Source: Octopus bimaculoides
Lineage: Eukaryota
DNA length: 36,250 bases
Assembly: GCF_001194135.2 (NCBI RefSeq)
Contig: NC_068995.1
Location: 884,997-921,246, forward strand
Direction: 5' to 3'
Both the position numbers and the translations under genes were made by a program. The notes under the pieces were generated by a model. The model was not told the DNA's origin, did no database searches, and saw only the letters and a program-made list of their open reading frames with translations. Of the stretch, positions 10,929 through 24,625 are shown one piece after another. Position 1 is the first letter of the stretch. The number at the start of each line of letters is the position of its first letter.

Positions 10929-11846
10929 ACATATATACGCATATATCTATAAATATATGTGTATATATTCATAAATATAATATATATTTACATATAGATA
11001 TACATATGGATATGTTTATGTCAGTATACATACGCGCATGCATACACACAGATATATACATACACGCATGTATGCACGTAAATATATACATACACACATA
11101 CATACACGCACACACATACATACATATATGCATACACGCACACATGCATACATACATACATACATACATACATACATACATACTTACATACATACATAAG
11201 TAGTGTAAGCGCACAGACGTTACAAATGCAATCTGTAAGTGGAACAATAAAAATATACAAGACTTTCTTGAAGTTTGATACTTAATATTTATTGTTGTTG
11301 TAATCCAAACTGTAATGATTGATTTTTTTTTCTTGCTTCTTTGTAAGATACCAATTCCCGGCTTAAAGAAAAAATACAAATATAAATTTTAAAATAATAA
11401 AAGCATACCCCTACTTCTTCATTAGGGGCCACACTGACACGAAATGAATCCAATAAATACCAGTTATTGATTTAAGGGTCATAATATAAAGAAAAATGTC
11501 ATAATTTTATGCTGATTGATATACATTTTTTCTTTGATTTTTTTTTGTTTTTTTGCGCGGATGTAGGGGTGTTAGAAATGCCGTTAAATCTCTGGTTCCA
11601 TCAATGGAGCCATTTAACGTGAACCATTTCCTATCATACAGAATTTAAGGCTGATACATTTTCGTGTTTCAAATATTTCCACGGCAACTGAATTACATGG
11701 ATGGGTGAACACAAATGATTGGCAAATTTAGTGCTACACAAACACATACACCATACAGTCATATATACGCACGCATATATATATTTCCATCTTTATATGT
11801 AACTATATATGTATATACACACACAGGCACACACGTATACATATAC

Positions 11847-11904
<58 letters not shown>

Positions 11905-12110
11905 CCACACACACATACATATGTTTGCATGTATGTATTATTGAGTTCTAATTGTTTGTCAAGTGACCTGACCTCGGACTGCGTTACTTTTGACTAAAAC
12001 ACAATTACATCATGAAAGAGTCTTAACAACCATTTAAAATACACACACACACACACACACGTAAACTCACAAAAACACCATTAAAATCTTGTTTCGTTTT
12101 TCAAGTGTGG

Positions 12111-12118
12111 CATCATCA

Positions 12119-12167
<49 letters not shown>

Positions 12168-12181
12168 CATTATTATTATTA

Positions 12182-12215
<34 letters not shown>

Positions 12216-12244
12216 CATTATTATTATTATCATTATCATTATTA

Positions 12245-12317
<73 letters not shown>

Positions 12318-12322
12318 CATTA
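12111..12322. repeat. Long interrupted (ATT/ATC)n microsatellite
   Basis: Directly visible; source of the poly-N/I/L/Y ORF artefacts. Confidence 0.95.
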
Positions 12323-12558
12323 TGCCATATTGTCAAAACATTGCATTATGTCCCTCCGACCTGGTAACTGGTAACTCCATATATTACTCGGCCCTCCATT
12401 GTTATTCTTGCTTGTCCCTTTTGTTGTTGTTGCTTTTGTACCAGTTACATTGTTGTTGTTGTTGTTGTTAATGTTGGTGGAGTGGGTATGGTATTAGAGG
12501 TGGTTGTTCTTAGTGATGATGGTAGTGGTGGTGTTGCTGCTGCTTCTGTTGCTGCTAC

Positions 12559-12596
12559 TATCTATCTATCTATCTATCTATCGTAGATAGATAGAT

Positions 12597-12642
<46 letters not shown>
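12559..12642. repeat. (TATC)n / (TAGA)n / (GA)n compound microsatellite
   Basis: Directly visible. Confidence 0.9.
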
Positions 12643-12648
<6 letters not shown>

Positions 12649-13346
12649 GATAGTAATAACAAAAACTATTCCATCCAGTGAGAGATAAACAGGTTTTTAT
12701 AACGTTTCTCGTGTCTGCAAGCAATCTTCAGGCCCTGAGGACGTGGTTTGATCTATTTGAACATCAGGACACTGGTACACAAGAAATCATAAGAAAAGAC
12801 GAGAAGTTTAAGGCATAAAAGTAGAATGAGAAGACAATGGATGAATAAAGCCGGAACAGAAAGGAAAAAGCAGAAAGAAAGTTCGAGTTACGTCCCCTTT
12901 GATCGTAGACAAAGGGTGATGCCAAAAGAAATTTGAAGGACTCCACTGTCTGATATCAAATTATTCAGGCGCCAAAATGTATGTACCAAAATGTTTCATA
13001 CTCAATACACTTAGCTGTAAATAGGTACCACCATGCAGCACAACAATACATTTGACATTAAATGGCCCTCTCTGGAGATAGGGGTATATTTTATTGATGT
13101 AGTCACCTTTGGTAACCGTATAAACGTCTCCAGTTCGGTTTTATTATCTTGGAGATGCTGAGCTAAGCTGGGTTACAATCGCCTCTCGGGGGAATCCTGG
13201 GAGTAACTTTTCTTGAAGGAAACTGGAAACCAATGCAATGTGTTCTGTTTCTGGTCAACAAAATTCTTGCTTCCTCTGCAAGATTGGTGAAAAGAGGGCG
13301 ATGACATATTAGTGTGTAGCAATTAGGGTTGTAGGACAATGGGCAT

Positions 13347-13416
<70 letters not shown>

Positions 13417-13436
13417 CGGCAGCAGCAGTAGCAGCA
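13347..13436. repeat. (GTA)n grading into (GCA)n microsatellite
   Basis: Directly visible. Confidence 0.95.
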
Positions 13437-14495
13437 AGACGTGAAGGAGTAAAAGAGTTTGAACTGAATTTAGTTAAAACAAATTTTAAGATTTCTGCAG
13501 AATACGTAAAATTATATCTGTGGGTGGGAGGAGAGAGAGAAAGAGAGGGAGAGAAAGAGAGACAGACAAGGAAGAGAGAGGGAGGGAGAGCTAAAGATAG
13601 AAACTTATTTACATACACAACCACACACTCACGTGCGTGTGCGCGCGTTTGTGATGCAAAGATCGACAAGAATCTCCGATGATTCTGCTTACAAGAAACT
13701 CTAAATTTTTCTCGTTATTACCGAATTCTTGATTCTGTCTTTCTCTCCTCCTCTCTTTCTTTGTCTTACTCCCACTTTCCTCTCATGTTTTCTATTTTAG
13801 GTATATATTAGTATATACTTTTATGTACATATACACACACACGCACATATTCATATTCGTATACATACAAACATGTGTGTATGTATGTATGTATGTATGT
13901 ATATATGTATGTGTGTATGTACGTATTTGTATGCGTGTGCTTGTGTGTGTGCTTGTGTGTGTATGTGCAAGTGTGTGTGAGTATGTCTAAGTGTGCGTGT
14001 GTAATGTGATTTCGCAGATCTTTCATCTGAAGCCGTGTCTGGTGAAAGCGATACCGTTGAGCTGTGGACGGTTTCAGATACGAACGAGGAAAAAGCCCTG
14101 AATCATTGAAATCATTGAGAAGGCCACGGCTGGGTAACGAATACCTTATGACAAACTAATTGTTAATTAATGACAATAATATTCAAACGAACGACTGCCA
14201 GTTCATGTGGTTTCTTATTGGTACTCGCCTAAAGTACACAATACATACACACATACATAAATATATATATATACATACAAATATACATATAAATATATGC
14301 ATATATAGGCTTGTACACATACACACACATGTATGTATACATATGTACGTATGTACGGTTGTACAATATGTCTTTTCAGACCACCAACGTTTGTCACGTG
14401 ATTGGCTGACGTGTACCCTTGCAGGTGGCGTTGATGCTTAAGAAGCTTGCTCTTGTCCAGATCACCTTGATTGGGCAACACGTCCAAAAGATGAC

Positions 14496-14537
<42 letters not shown>

Positions 14538-14601
14538 ATTATTTTATTTGCTAATTAAAGTTCGAAACCTGAGGTCCGGCTGTAAAACATGGTAAATGTT
14601 T

Positions 14602-14602
<1 letters not shown>

Positions 14603-14642
<40 letters not shown>
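14603..14642. repeat. (GATA)n microsatellite abutting a gap
   Basis: Directly visible. Confidence 0.95.
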
Positions 14643-15309
14643 NNNNNNNNNNNNNNNNNNNNNNNNNNNNNNNNNNNNNNNNNNNNNNNNNNNNNNNNNN
14701 NNNNNNNNNNNNNNNNNNNNNNNNNNNNNNNNNNNNNNNNNNNNNNNNNNNNNNNNNNNNNNNNNNNNNNNNNNNNNNNNNNNNNNNNNNNNNNNNNNNN
14801 NNNNNNATATAAATCTAGGCATGTCTGCGCGTATCCGTGTAATGACATTCAAACCATGATGCGGCGTTCTATTTATACTCGTCTTTATTTTATTTCATTT
14901 GCTGACATCTTCTGCGTTATTATTCATCTCTTTGTCCACCCACATCTAAATGTTAGAGAGTGGTGCGGACGCTGCTGCCGCTGATGATGATGGTTGTAGG
15001 GTTAATAGTAGTGATGGTGTTAGTTAAGCTTCGGTTGTTAAGAGAATCGTCGTCATGGTGGTATTCAGGCCGATTGCCGAGAAAGACGGCCACAAGTTGG
15101 TTGGTTGACAGACTTCAGCCCCACCAACACCACCAGCAACACCAGCACCATCACAAACATCATCACCACCTCCATCTTTAGCACCAACATAATTACCATC
15201 CTTCAACATCTACACTCATTCTGATCAAAATGCATGGATATTGCTATATTTCTGTTGCAGTTTATCTGAAACTCAGAAACCAAGAACAAGTATGGACTTC
15301 CTTAACATG

Positions 15310-15570
15310 ATGCATGATTAAAAGGGTAACTCTTAGCAAGGGAAGAAAATGTAGGTACGAACTGACAAACTTGACATCATGAAGCAACTCTTGATCCAGA
15401 GCCAGAAGCATTGTCCAATGCTCAGCATCCGGGAGAGGTTTTTCCTCGAAAATTTCCACAATCGTAACTCATAAAAATCGGTTGCAAAATCCCTTTTAGT
15501 CAGACTCAAACGGCTTCGCGTAGTTATCACCCTTCGTGGCGATAACTCTCCTCGATGAGAAGCAACCTCT
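15310..15570 (-). mobile_element. Possible highly decayed pogo/Tigger-like transposase DDE fragment
   Basis: Frameshifted reverse-strand pieces EEKPLP / LDNASG / DQELLHDVKFVSSYLHFLPLL..TLL loosely resemble the pogo EK.LP..LL.LDNAP.HP...L...FV.V.FLPPNTT.LLQP block. Weak, judged by eye. Confidence 0.3.
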
Positions 15571-15604
15571 ACAATGAGAAGTGAGTATGACCTAGTCTCA
15601 GTAC

Positions 15605-15662
15605 ACATACATACATACATACATACATACATACATACATACATACATACATACATACATAC
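15605..15662. repeat. (CATA)n microsatellite
   Basis: Directly visible. Confidence 0.95.
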
Positions 15663-16266
15663 ATGCATAGGCCTGTATAATAGATTAACATGTTTGTATG
15701 TATGCATGCATGTAAGTTTATACATGTGTGTGTATTAACAAATGCACATACATACATGCACACGCGCGTACATATGTATGTGGGATGGGTGTCTTCGTGA
15801 AGCCCGAAGCAAATTAAACGCTCTTTGATCATTATCAGCGGCAAACAATTGCACATTTTTGAGAAAACAACTTCGTTTGTTCATTCTCTCTCGCAGACCT
15901 GTCACCTTTCTTTTTTCACACCAACAGTTGGAGTTTATCTTCAGCAGATACCAGACGACAATGAACACTAATATTACATCTAAGAATAAACAGGACCGAA
16001 CTGGAAACAACTGGAGGCATATCTACATTAAAACAAACATATATTCTAGAGTAAAGGTATACGAAGAGGACGTATGAAGGTAGAAGACTTACTGGTTGTG
16101 TTTCGTAAATGTACCTAGTTTTCAATAACAGAATTATGTTCCAGCAAAATGTGTTTATTTTAATGTACATGCCTCAAGTGGCAATTAATTCAAATAATCT
16201 CTTTCTCTTTCTCCGCGTCCCTCTTCCCCATTCAACTCTACATAAGTGTGTGTGTGTGTATATATG

Positions 16267-16316
<50 letters not shown>

Positions 16317-16832
16317 CATACACAAACACACATACACACAAATAAATTCTTGTTTGTGGCGCCTCTCATAAATTCTTTAGGGATACAAAGCTGATGAAGT
16401 TTGAGAACTGTTTAGATTATAAAACTTGCAATTCCAATCCTATTACAACTGCTCTTGTTTGTGTACTTTTAAAGTTGATTGTTTATGCAGATGGACAACG
16501 AGTTCGAACCTTGTTAATTCTCAATTTGCTATATAAACACCATGGTTTATATAGCACACCTTGCAGCGCGTGTATATAATTTAAAAGAATTTAAATTTCT
16601 TTCCTTTCGTTAAGGATGTCTCGTTATTTGTTCTTTCGCTTTCTTTTGTTATATTAGTTTCCCACTTTTGCACCTATATTTCAGAAACACAATCCAGTAC
16701 ATCCATGGGGTACGTTTATATTAAATCACATGCCTTAAAGAGGAATTCTCTCGCTCAGCATACATTAACATGTTTTTAGTTTATACATATATGTGTGTGT
16801 ATGTTTGTGTGTTTATCTATACATACCTATAT

Positions 16833-16834
16833 AC

Positions 16835-16920
<86 letters not shown>

Positions 16921-16975
16921 ATATGGGTATGCATATGTATTTATGTGTGTATGAGCGTGCGTGCATAGTAATGTG

Positions 16976-17011
<36 letters not shown>

Positions 17012-17125
17012 TAAACACTTTTGTGTGTGTGTGGTATGTGTGTGTGCGTGTGTGGTATGTGTGTGTGCGTGTGCGCGCGCGCGTGTGTGTGTGTGTACAT
17101 GTGTGCATACATCTGTGTATGTATG
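16833..17125. repeat. (CT)n / (AT)n / (GT)n microsatellite cluster
   Basis: Directly visible. Confidence 0.9.
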
Positions 17126-18327
17126 AGTGCTTGTAGATATACTTTTCCGAAGAGATTTACGAATTAACGAAAGCAGAGATGCTTTCCTAAAACAATAAAC
17201 CTATAAAAGACAACTACACACACACACACACACACACATACACACATATATATAATATACATATGCATATATACATATAAACATACAAGCATATAATATA
17301 TACATCTGTCTCTCTCGTTCATATTATCAATTTCTCGTACTCGTACCCAGCTTCTTAACAACCTAAAACTAATTACGGGTGGGTGATGCAGTTATAATCA
17401 TTTCAGAACAGATTTATTGCAACATTCCGGATACCCCGAACTCTCTAAAGGTACATTGATTGTACCCAAGAGATGATTTTAAACACTTAATCTGGGTGTA
17501 ATCTGGGTGTAAAATGCTTGGTGCGCGTTTCTATTATTTCCAAATGTTTATGGGATTTTGCTGTCTTGAGGAATGTGAAAGAACGCAAATGACATTTTAT
17601 TCAAGAATACGCACAAACACAGATGCGCGCGCGAATGAGTATGCATGTGTGTGTGTGTAGGTGTATGTTAGTATACATATATGTATGTATGCATGTATGT
17701 ATGCATGCATGTATGTATGTATGTATGTATGTATGTATGTATGTATGTATATGTATTCTTTAATTCCTTGCTTGACAGCGGCCATGTATGATCCTTCGAT
17801 TTTTAATAATGCTGCAGTGTGATCTGGAGGTATCTGGTTGGTATTTCTCGCAGACCCATCTTCCACGCATAGGCTCTATGATGCTCCGTTAGCTTTTATA
17901 CGGCACCGGAAAGTGAATCTTTGCAGATTGTTTCGTTATATTTCTTTGAGCAGAAATTCAAAAACATTTTTGAGTTGCGTAACAAAACAGAGCATTAGAG
18001 GATTTAGTTTACAACTTGTTTTACTTTGTAAAAATGAAATAATTTTATTTAAACTAATCTTCAAACAGGCTCTCCATTTTCATTTATTCATTTATTTGTT
18101 TTTTTCATATTTGTTTTCAAAAGTTCTGTTTCTTTCCCTTTCCATCTTGAAAAATTGAGAAAATCAAAAAAAGATCGACAACAAAAATTCTCAGATTCCA
18201 AAAGATTAAACATGGCAAACAATAACAAATATGTCGCAAAATTGGAAATAATTCACAGCAACAACTAATTTGCTTCGCGATGGATTATCATAAAATTGAC
18301 AAATAGGCGCCGGCGTGACGCTGGCAT

Positions 18328-18718
18328 GGCGCTGACGTGGCTCTGTGGTAAGAAGTTTGCTTCTCAGCTGTCTGGTTCCGGGTTCAGTCCAACTGCGTGA
18401 CTAATTAAGCAGGTGATTTTACTATAGCCTGGGGCCGACCAAAGCCTTGAGAGTAGATTTTATAGAAGGGAAACCGAAAGAAGCTTGTCATGTGTGGGGG
18501 GGGAGTGCGTTTTCCCTAATACTACCGCCTGACAACTGGTGACGATGTGCTTACGTCCCCGCAACATTAGCGGTTCGGCAAAAGAGACCGATAGAATAAG
18601 TACCAGGCTTTAAAAAAAAAATTACTGAAGTCGATTCATTCGACTGGAAGTTCTTCAAGTCGACGCTCCAGCATGGGCGCAGTTCATTTTACTGAAGTAA
18701 AAGCTAAATAAGTAAAAG
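18328..18718 (+). mobile_element. Near full-length tRNA-derived SINE (Octopus-type bipartite SINE)
   Basis: A-box-like TGGCTCTGTGG (18338) and B-box-like GGTTCAGTCC (18381). Body CTATAGCCTGGGGCCGACCAAAGCC, short GT/G linker, second module TTACGTCCCCGCAACATTAGCGGTTCGGCAAAAGAGACCGATAGAATAAGTACCAGGCTT...GCTCCAGCATGGGCGCAG, A-rich tail. The 5' half aligns with the copy at 25031. Confidence 0.8.
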
Positions 18719-19084
18719 CCGATGACGACGAAGCCATCTGAGAGTCTTTTAATATGAAACTGTTTCAGCAATTGATTGAATTGATGTTTTAGGCTCCAGC
18801 ATGGCCCCAGACGCCATTATTGCTGATGTTCTCAGCACTTTAATGTGGCTTGCAGCTGCGGATCACTTGTGGCTTAGTTGGGGGGGGGGGTTGCTTTCTG
18901 GCCTTGAAGAGTTGGGAAGGTGGTGGTGGTGGTGACGGATAAGTCTTCGGGGACCTACAAACACCAGATGTCCCACAAGTGAGGCACAAGTGAGTTATGT
19001 AAGACATTAACATAACTTTAAGTGATAAATTACTTCTGGGACATCTCGGTAGATCCATTAACATAAAATATTTGTTAAATGCTT

Positions 19085-19338
19085 CCGACGACGACGACGA
19101 CGACAGCAGCAGCAGCAGCAGCAGCAGCACTAATGGATTCATCATCATCATCATCATCAACAACAATAGCAACAACTTCAACAATGACACAATCAACATC
19201 AACAACAGCCGCAACAGGAAGAACAGCGTCAACAACAACAACAACAACAACGACGATAATAGAGACAACATCAACCGAAAAGAAAAAAACACCACCCAAA
19301 GCAACGGCAGCCACAACAACAACAACAACAACAGCAAT

Positions 19339-19369
<31 letters not shown>

Positions 19370-19380
19370 ATAACAATAGC
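19085..19380. repeat. Mixed CGA/CAG/CAT/CAA trinucleotide low-complexity tract
   Basis: Directly visible; all overlapping ORFs are homopolymeric. Confidence 0.9.
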
Positions 19381-19451
19381 AACTTCAGACAGTTAATTGT
19401 TTTGAATTTCTAGAAAGGTCGAGAGAACACAACGATTCCCCTTTCACAGCT

Positions 19452-19504
<53 letters not shown>

Positions 19505-20307
19505 NNNNNNNNNNNNNNNNNNNNNNNNNNNNNNNNNNNNNNNNNNNNNNNNNNNNNNNNNNNNNNNNNNNNNNNNNNNNNNNNNNNNNNNNNNNNNNNN
19601 NNNNNNNNNNNNNNNNNNNNNNNNNNNNNNNNNNNNNNNNNNNNNNNNNNNNNNNNNNNNNNNNNNNNNNNNNNNNNNNNNNNNNNNNNNNNNNNNNNNN
19701 NNNNNNNNNNNNNNNNNNNNNNNNNNNNNNNNNNNNNNNNNNNNNNNNNNNNNNNNNNNNNNNNNNNNNNNNNNNNNNNNNNNNNNNNNNNNNNNNNNNN
19801 NNNNNNNNNNNNNNNNNNNNNNNNNNNNNNNNNNNNNNNNNNNNNNNNNNNNNNNNNNNNNNNNNNNNNNNNNNNNNNNNNNNNNNNNNNNNNNNNNNNN
19901 NNNNNNNNNNNNNNNNNNNNNNNNNNNNNNNNNNNNNGACAAGATGCTGCGGTCATGAAACTTTGAGCAATGCGGAAATGTGGAGCTCAATCGAACTGTC
20001 ATTGTATTTGTATGTGTGTGTATGTGTGTGTGTATGTGTGTGTGTGTGTGTATGTGTGTGTGTGAGTGTGTGTGTGTGAGTGTGTGTGTGTGTGTAAGTG
20101 TGTGGGTGGGTGTGTACAAAGAACAAGAAAATGGATTGGACATTCTTTATTCCAATCATCAATAAAACCGACGGAGATCCCTTGTAACATGTTTGTGTCT
20201 TGTATATGTATGCTCGTATGTGTTTGTGTGAGTGTGGGGGAGGTGGAGTGACGTGGGCTCTGCGGATGTATGGATGTGTGCGTGTATGTATTTATATGTA
20301 TGTGTGC

Positions 20308-20357
<50 letters not shown>

Positions 20358-20937
20358 NNNNNNNNNNNNNNNNNNNNNNNNNNNNNNNNNNNNNNNNNNN
20401 NNNNNNNNNNNNNNNNNNNNNNNNNNNNNNNNNNNNNNNNNNNNNNNNNNNNNNNNNNNNNNNNNNNNNNNNNNNNNNNNNNNNNNNNNNNNNNNNNNNN
20501 NNNNNNNNNNNNNNNNNNNNNNNNNNNNNNNNNNNNNNNNNNNNNNNNNNNNNNNNNNNNNNNNNNNNNNNNNNNNNNNNNNNNNNNNNNNNNNNNNNNN
20601 NNNNNNNNNNNNNNNNNNNNNNNNNNNNNNNNNNNNNNNNNNNNNNNNNNNNNNNNNNNNNNNNNNNNNNNNNNNNNNNNNNNNNNNNNNNNNNNNNNNN
20701 NNNNNNNNNNNNNNNNNNNNNNNNNNNNNNNNNNNNNNNNNNNNNNNNNNNNNNNNNNNNNNNNNNNNNNNNNNNNNNNNNNNNNNNNNNNNNNNNNNNN
20801 NNNNNNNNNNNNNNNNNNNNNNNNNNNNNNNNNNNNNNNNNNNNNNNNNNNNNNNNNNNNNNNNNNNNNNNNNNNNNNNNNNNNNNNNNNNNNNNNNNNN
20901 NNNNNNNNNNNNNNNNNNNNNNNNNNNNNNNNNNNNN

Positions 20938-20973
<36 letters not shown>

Positions 20974-21145
20974 CATATATATGTATGTATATACATTTAT
21001 ATATATTACGAGCAGAAGCGAGGTGGCCAGTACTGAAGAAAGGCAGAAATAGCCCGAAACCAGGCTGGTGTGCTGGTCGCGTCGCTAGAAGGTGGTAGGG
21101 GTTCCCACCTCTGCTCACAATACCTAGGATACAGCTATGCATCGT

Positions 21146-21234
21146 TAACCAGCTAGAGGAGATGCCCTCTTGGGGTTAAAAAAATTGCAGTAAAGTCCGT
21201 TCGAACAGAACATCCATGTTGAAGTGGTTACGAA
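21146..21234 (+). repeat. Unclassified dispersed repeat, copy 2
   Basis: TAACCAGCTAGAGGAGATGCCCTCTTGGGGTTAAAA...GCAGTAAAGTCCGTTCGAACAGAACATCCATGTTGAAGTGGTTACGAA matches 4955-5041. Confidence 0.85.
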
Positions 21235-21295
21235 TATTACTTGCTAATACAACTACTGCGATCATCTCTTAGATTTTAGAACTAGCTCTTTAGCT

Positions 21296-21441
<146 letters not shown>

Positions 21442-22396
21442 GATTTATGTGTGTTTGTGTGTGTGTTTCTGTGTGCGTGTGTGAGTGTAAGATGGAAAGA
21501 ATTGGTTTTGTGGTTGAAAATTCACCTGGGTCTTGAAACGAATTGCGGTGAGTTATTTTCCATCACTTAAAATTCCACATCTTAAAATACCATAGCATTT
21601 TGTTTCGTCAGGTGAAGCCTGGTCGAGCTGAGCTATTGTCATGTAGCTAAAGAGACATTAGCCAAGACGATTCTATCTTTTACTTCAGACAATATGCTTC
21701 ACCGACTACATTATTGTTGCTTATCTAGACATATATACATATGTGTGCGTGTGTTATCATTTCACATGCCAGTTCTTCTAGCAAGGTCTAGCAAACGGTC
21801 TCATCCTAACACGACAGGAATTTGAGACTGACGATTCTTGTAGAGAAATTGTTTTTCACTTAAGAAAATTCTTTATCTTTCGTCGCTCACTGTTTGCTAC
21901 ATTTATTTCCGTTAATGTTGACTTTTAAAGACGCTAATGTCAGATTGATATAATGTTATGCAATAAATTTTGTTGTGGACATGACTACATTTTTCTTCTT
22001 ATCTCAAAAAACAAAAAAATGGTGGGGTGCGGATGGAATCGAGATGTTGAACTGTTAAAAAGGGATGAAATACAAAAACAAAATGGTGATAAAACATTGC
22101 GGTACAATTATTTTTTTGCCTCCGAAGACTTCACTTGATCCCACCCAAAGTGTCATCCGAACCAAAGTTCCATCCTTCACCACAAAGTAGGCTCCCACCT
22201 AAAGTAGCCAACCCTCCCCAAATCCCAAACAATCTTATTCCAGAAATTCTTTCATAAATACAGTAAACAGGGGATACGCCACGATAAGAAGTGTTTCGGT
22301 TGTTTGTGAAATAAATTTGGTGGATGCAAGCCAAGGAAAAATATGTCACTGGAGAAACTGTGACAGGAATAAAATCTACAGCACACATGAATCTCA

Positions 22397-22460
<64 letters not shown>

Positions 22461-22593
22461 TACATGTGTGTGTGTGTATGTGTAGAAAGAATCTAGAAAT
22501 AGTTGACATCAGTATACACCTACTTCTTGTGACAGGATTTAAAGTCAGAGACCAGAGAGAGAGAGACAGAGAGAGAGAGACAGAGAGAGAGAC

Positions 22594-22629
<36 letters not shown>

Positions 22630-22822
22630 AGACAGACAGACAGACAGACAGACAGAGGCTGTAAATGTAATGTATTTTATTCGCTAGATTCTGTTTTTAC
22701 TGCAATGCTCCCTTTAAAATACACATAATATGTGTTTGTATGTATGTATATACGTGTATGTGTTTGCATACACACATTTATATTCATATATGCATACATA
22801 AATACGCACAGTCACGCGTGTA

Positions 22823-22870
<48 letters not shown>

Positions 22871-23726
22871 CACTTAATTGGAAATGGATATATACATACA
22901 TACATAAATATATACCGTATATATATATTACATATATATATATATATATATAAATAAACATAATACATATATGCATATACATGTATATGTATGCATCTAT
23001 ATTACATACATATATACATACATTCATACATATATACACGCATACATTCAAATTTGCAAACATTTATGTATATACGTACATACATAATTGGGATTTTTGC
23101 TGTACCCACGCGAATATGTGGTTAGCTGAGATAAAGGTTGACAACAACAACAAGGACTGAGAAACAAAAATGAAATCCACCCCACCACCTAAAAAAAAAC
23201 AATAAACAACAAATAAAATCTCATGAACCCCTTTTGGGCACTAAATGACCTTTTTTGGTTAACCTAACCCGCATGCCTGAATTAATTAAGTAATTAGCGA
23301 ATGATTAACGAGATTTCAACCGACGAATGGAAGAACGCGTGGCCATTAATTTGGAACGCAAGGACCCAACGAAATCCGTCAAAGAACCAGAATTTAAGGT
23401 GCAAGGTTACATCGCTTGACGTATTAGGTTTTGAAAGGACGAAGAAGAAGAGTTAGAGCTATTTCTTTTTTCGTTTGGTTTGTTGTTTGTTTAGGTTATT
23501 TCTTTCTTTTATTTCGTTCCACCCACTTCCGCTCTCATCTTTGGAAAAGAAAATAGCAGATGGCAAAAGGGGTCTCTGCTGTTTTATTGTATTAAAATGT
23601 TTTTTATGCTTGACGTTATGATATTTCCTGGTGTCTCGTCTCTGTTCCCAATCCTAAGCCTATTCATTGGATGTGGGGGTTGATTGTTTTGCATATTATC
23701 CCTCTTGAGTTGACAAAATACGTGTA

Positions 23727-23762
23727 TTAATTAATTAATTAATTAATTAATTAATTAATTAA
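23727..23762. repeat. (TTAA)9 self-complementary microsatellite
   Basis: Nine perfect TTAA units. Confidence 0.95.
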
Positions 23763-24065
23763 ATGAATGATAAGTTAAAATATTATTGTCGATAGATAAG
23801 TCAGAATCCTTTGGTAATATATATATATATATATATATACGTACATATATAGTCTACATATAGATAGATAAATGGGTAGATTCAGAGGAGAGAAAGTGAA
23901 GGTTGAATACAAAATAGTTAGGTAGCAATATACGTGCATACATACATACAGACAGACAGACAGGCATATAGATACATAATTACAAATATAGAAAATCATG
24001 AGCACACATATGCATACACACACACATATATACACACACACAAACACATGCACACACACAAACAC

Positions 24066-24100
<35 letters not shown>

Positions 24101-24380
24101 CACACACACAAGCACACACACACTCACACACTCATATCGCATATACATACTTTCATCCCAACCATCCATTCCTGTTTTCTGTCTAGTAAACATAATCTTC
24201 TCCGCCATATTGAAAACATGTTGATTCTTCAAACTTGTACGTGTTGTGATTCATCCTCCAGTCGAAGACACTTCGCTATTACTAAGCCAAAACAACTTTT
24301 GCGTGGCCATAAAGCCTATTATCACGCAAGTCAGCCGAGAATACGGCCAAACCAACAACAAACTGGTCGAAGTGACTCAC

Positions 24381-24437
24381 CATGCGTTGCCTGTCATTCA
24401 TTGTTATTAGTATTACTTCAGTCTCTTTGCCGCTCTT
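24381..24437 (-). other. Candidate exon (57 nt, KSGKETEVILITMNDRQRM), unconfirmed
   Basis: Reverse strand ...TCTGTTTATCATGGCAG | 57 nt open | ATG/GTGAGT consensus donor. No recognisable homology. Confidence 0.2.
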
Positions 24438-24594
24438 CTGCCATGATAAACAGACACACACACACACACGCACGCGCGCACGCACACACGCACGCACGCA
24501 TGCACCTTCACCTGCTTTTTTCACCTCGTTACGTAGACTGTAGACAGACATCGGCAATGTTTGCTTTAAGTATCCAAGGAGGAGAAAGAGATGA

Positions 24595-24625
24595 GAAGAA
24601 GAAGAAGAAGAAGAAGAAGAAGAAG

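Noticed and set aside
1579-11613. 17/18-nt match TTCCATCAATGGA.CCAT at 1579 and 11596
   Set aside because: A match this short is expected by chance in a window of this size, and the flanks do not align.
17893-17900. TATAAAAG on the minus strand
   Set aside because: An isolated motif in AT-rich DNA with no supporting downstream gene structure.
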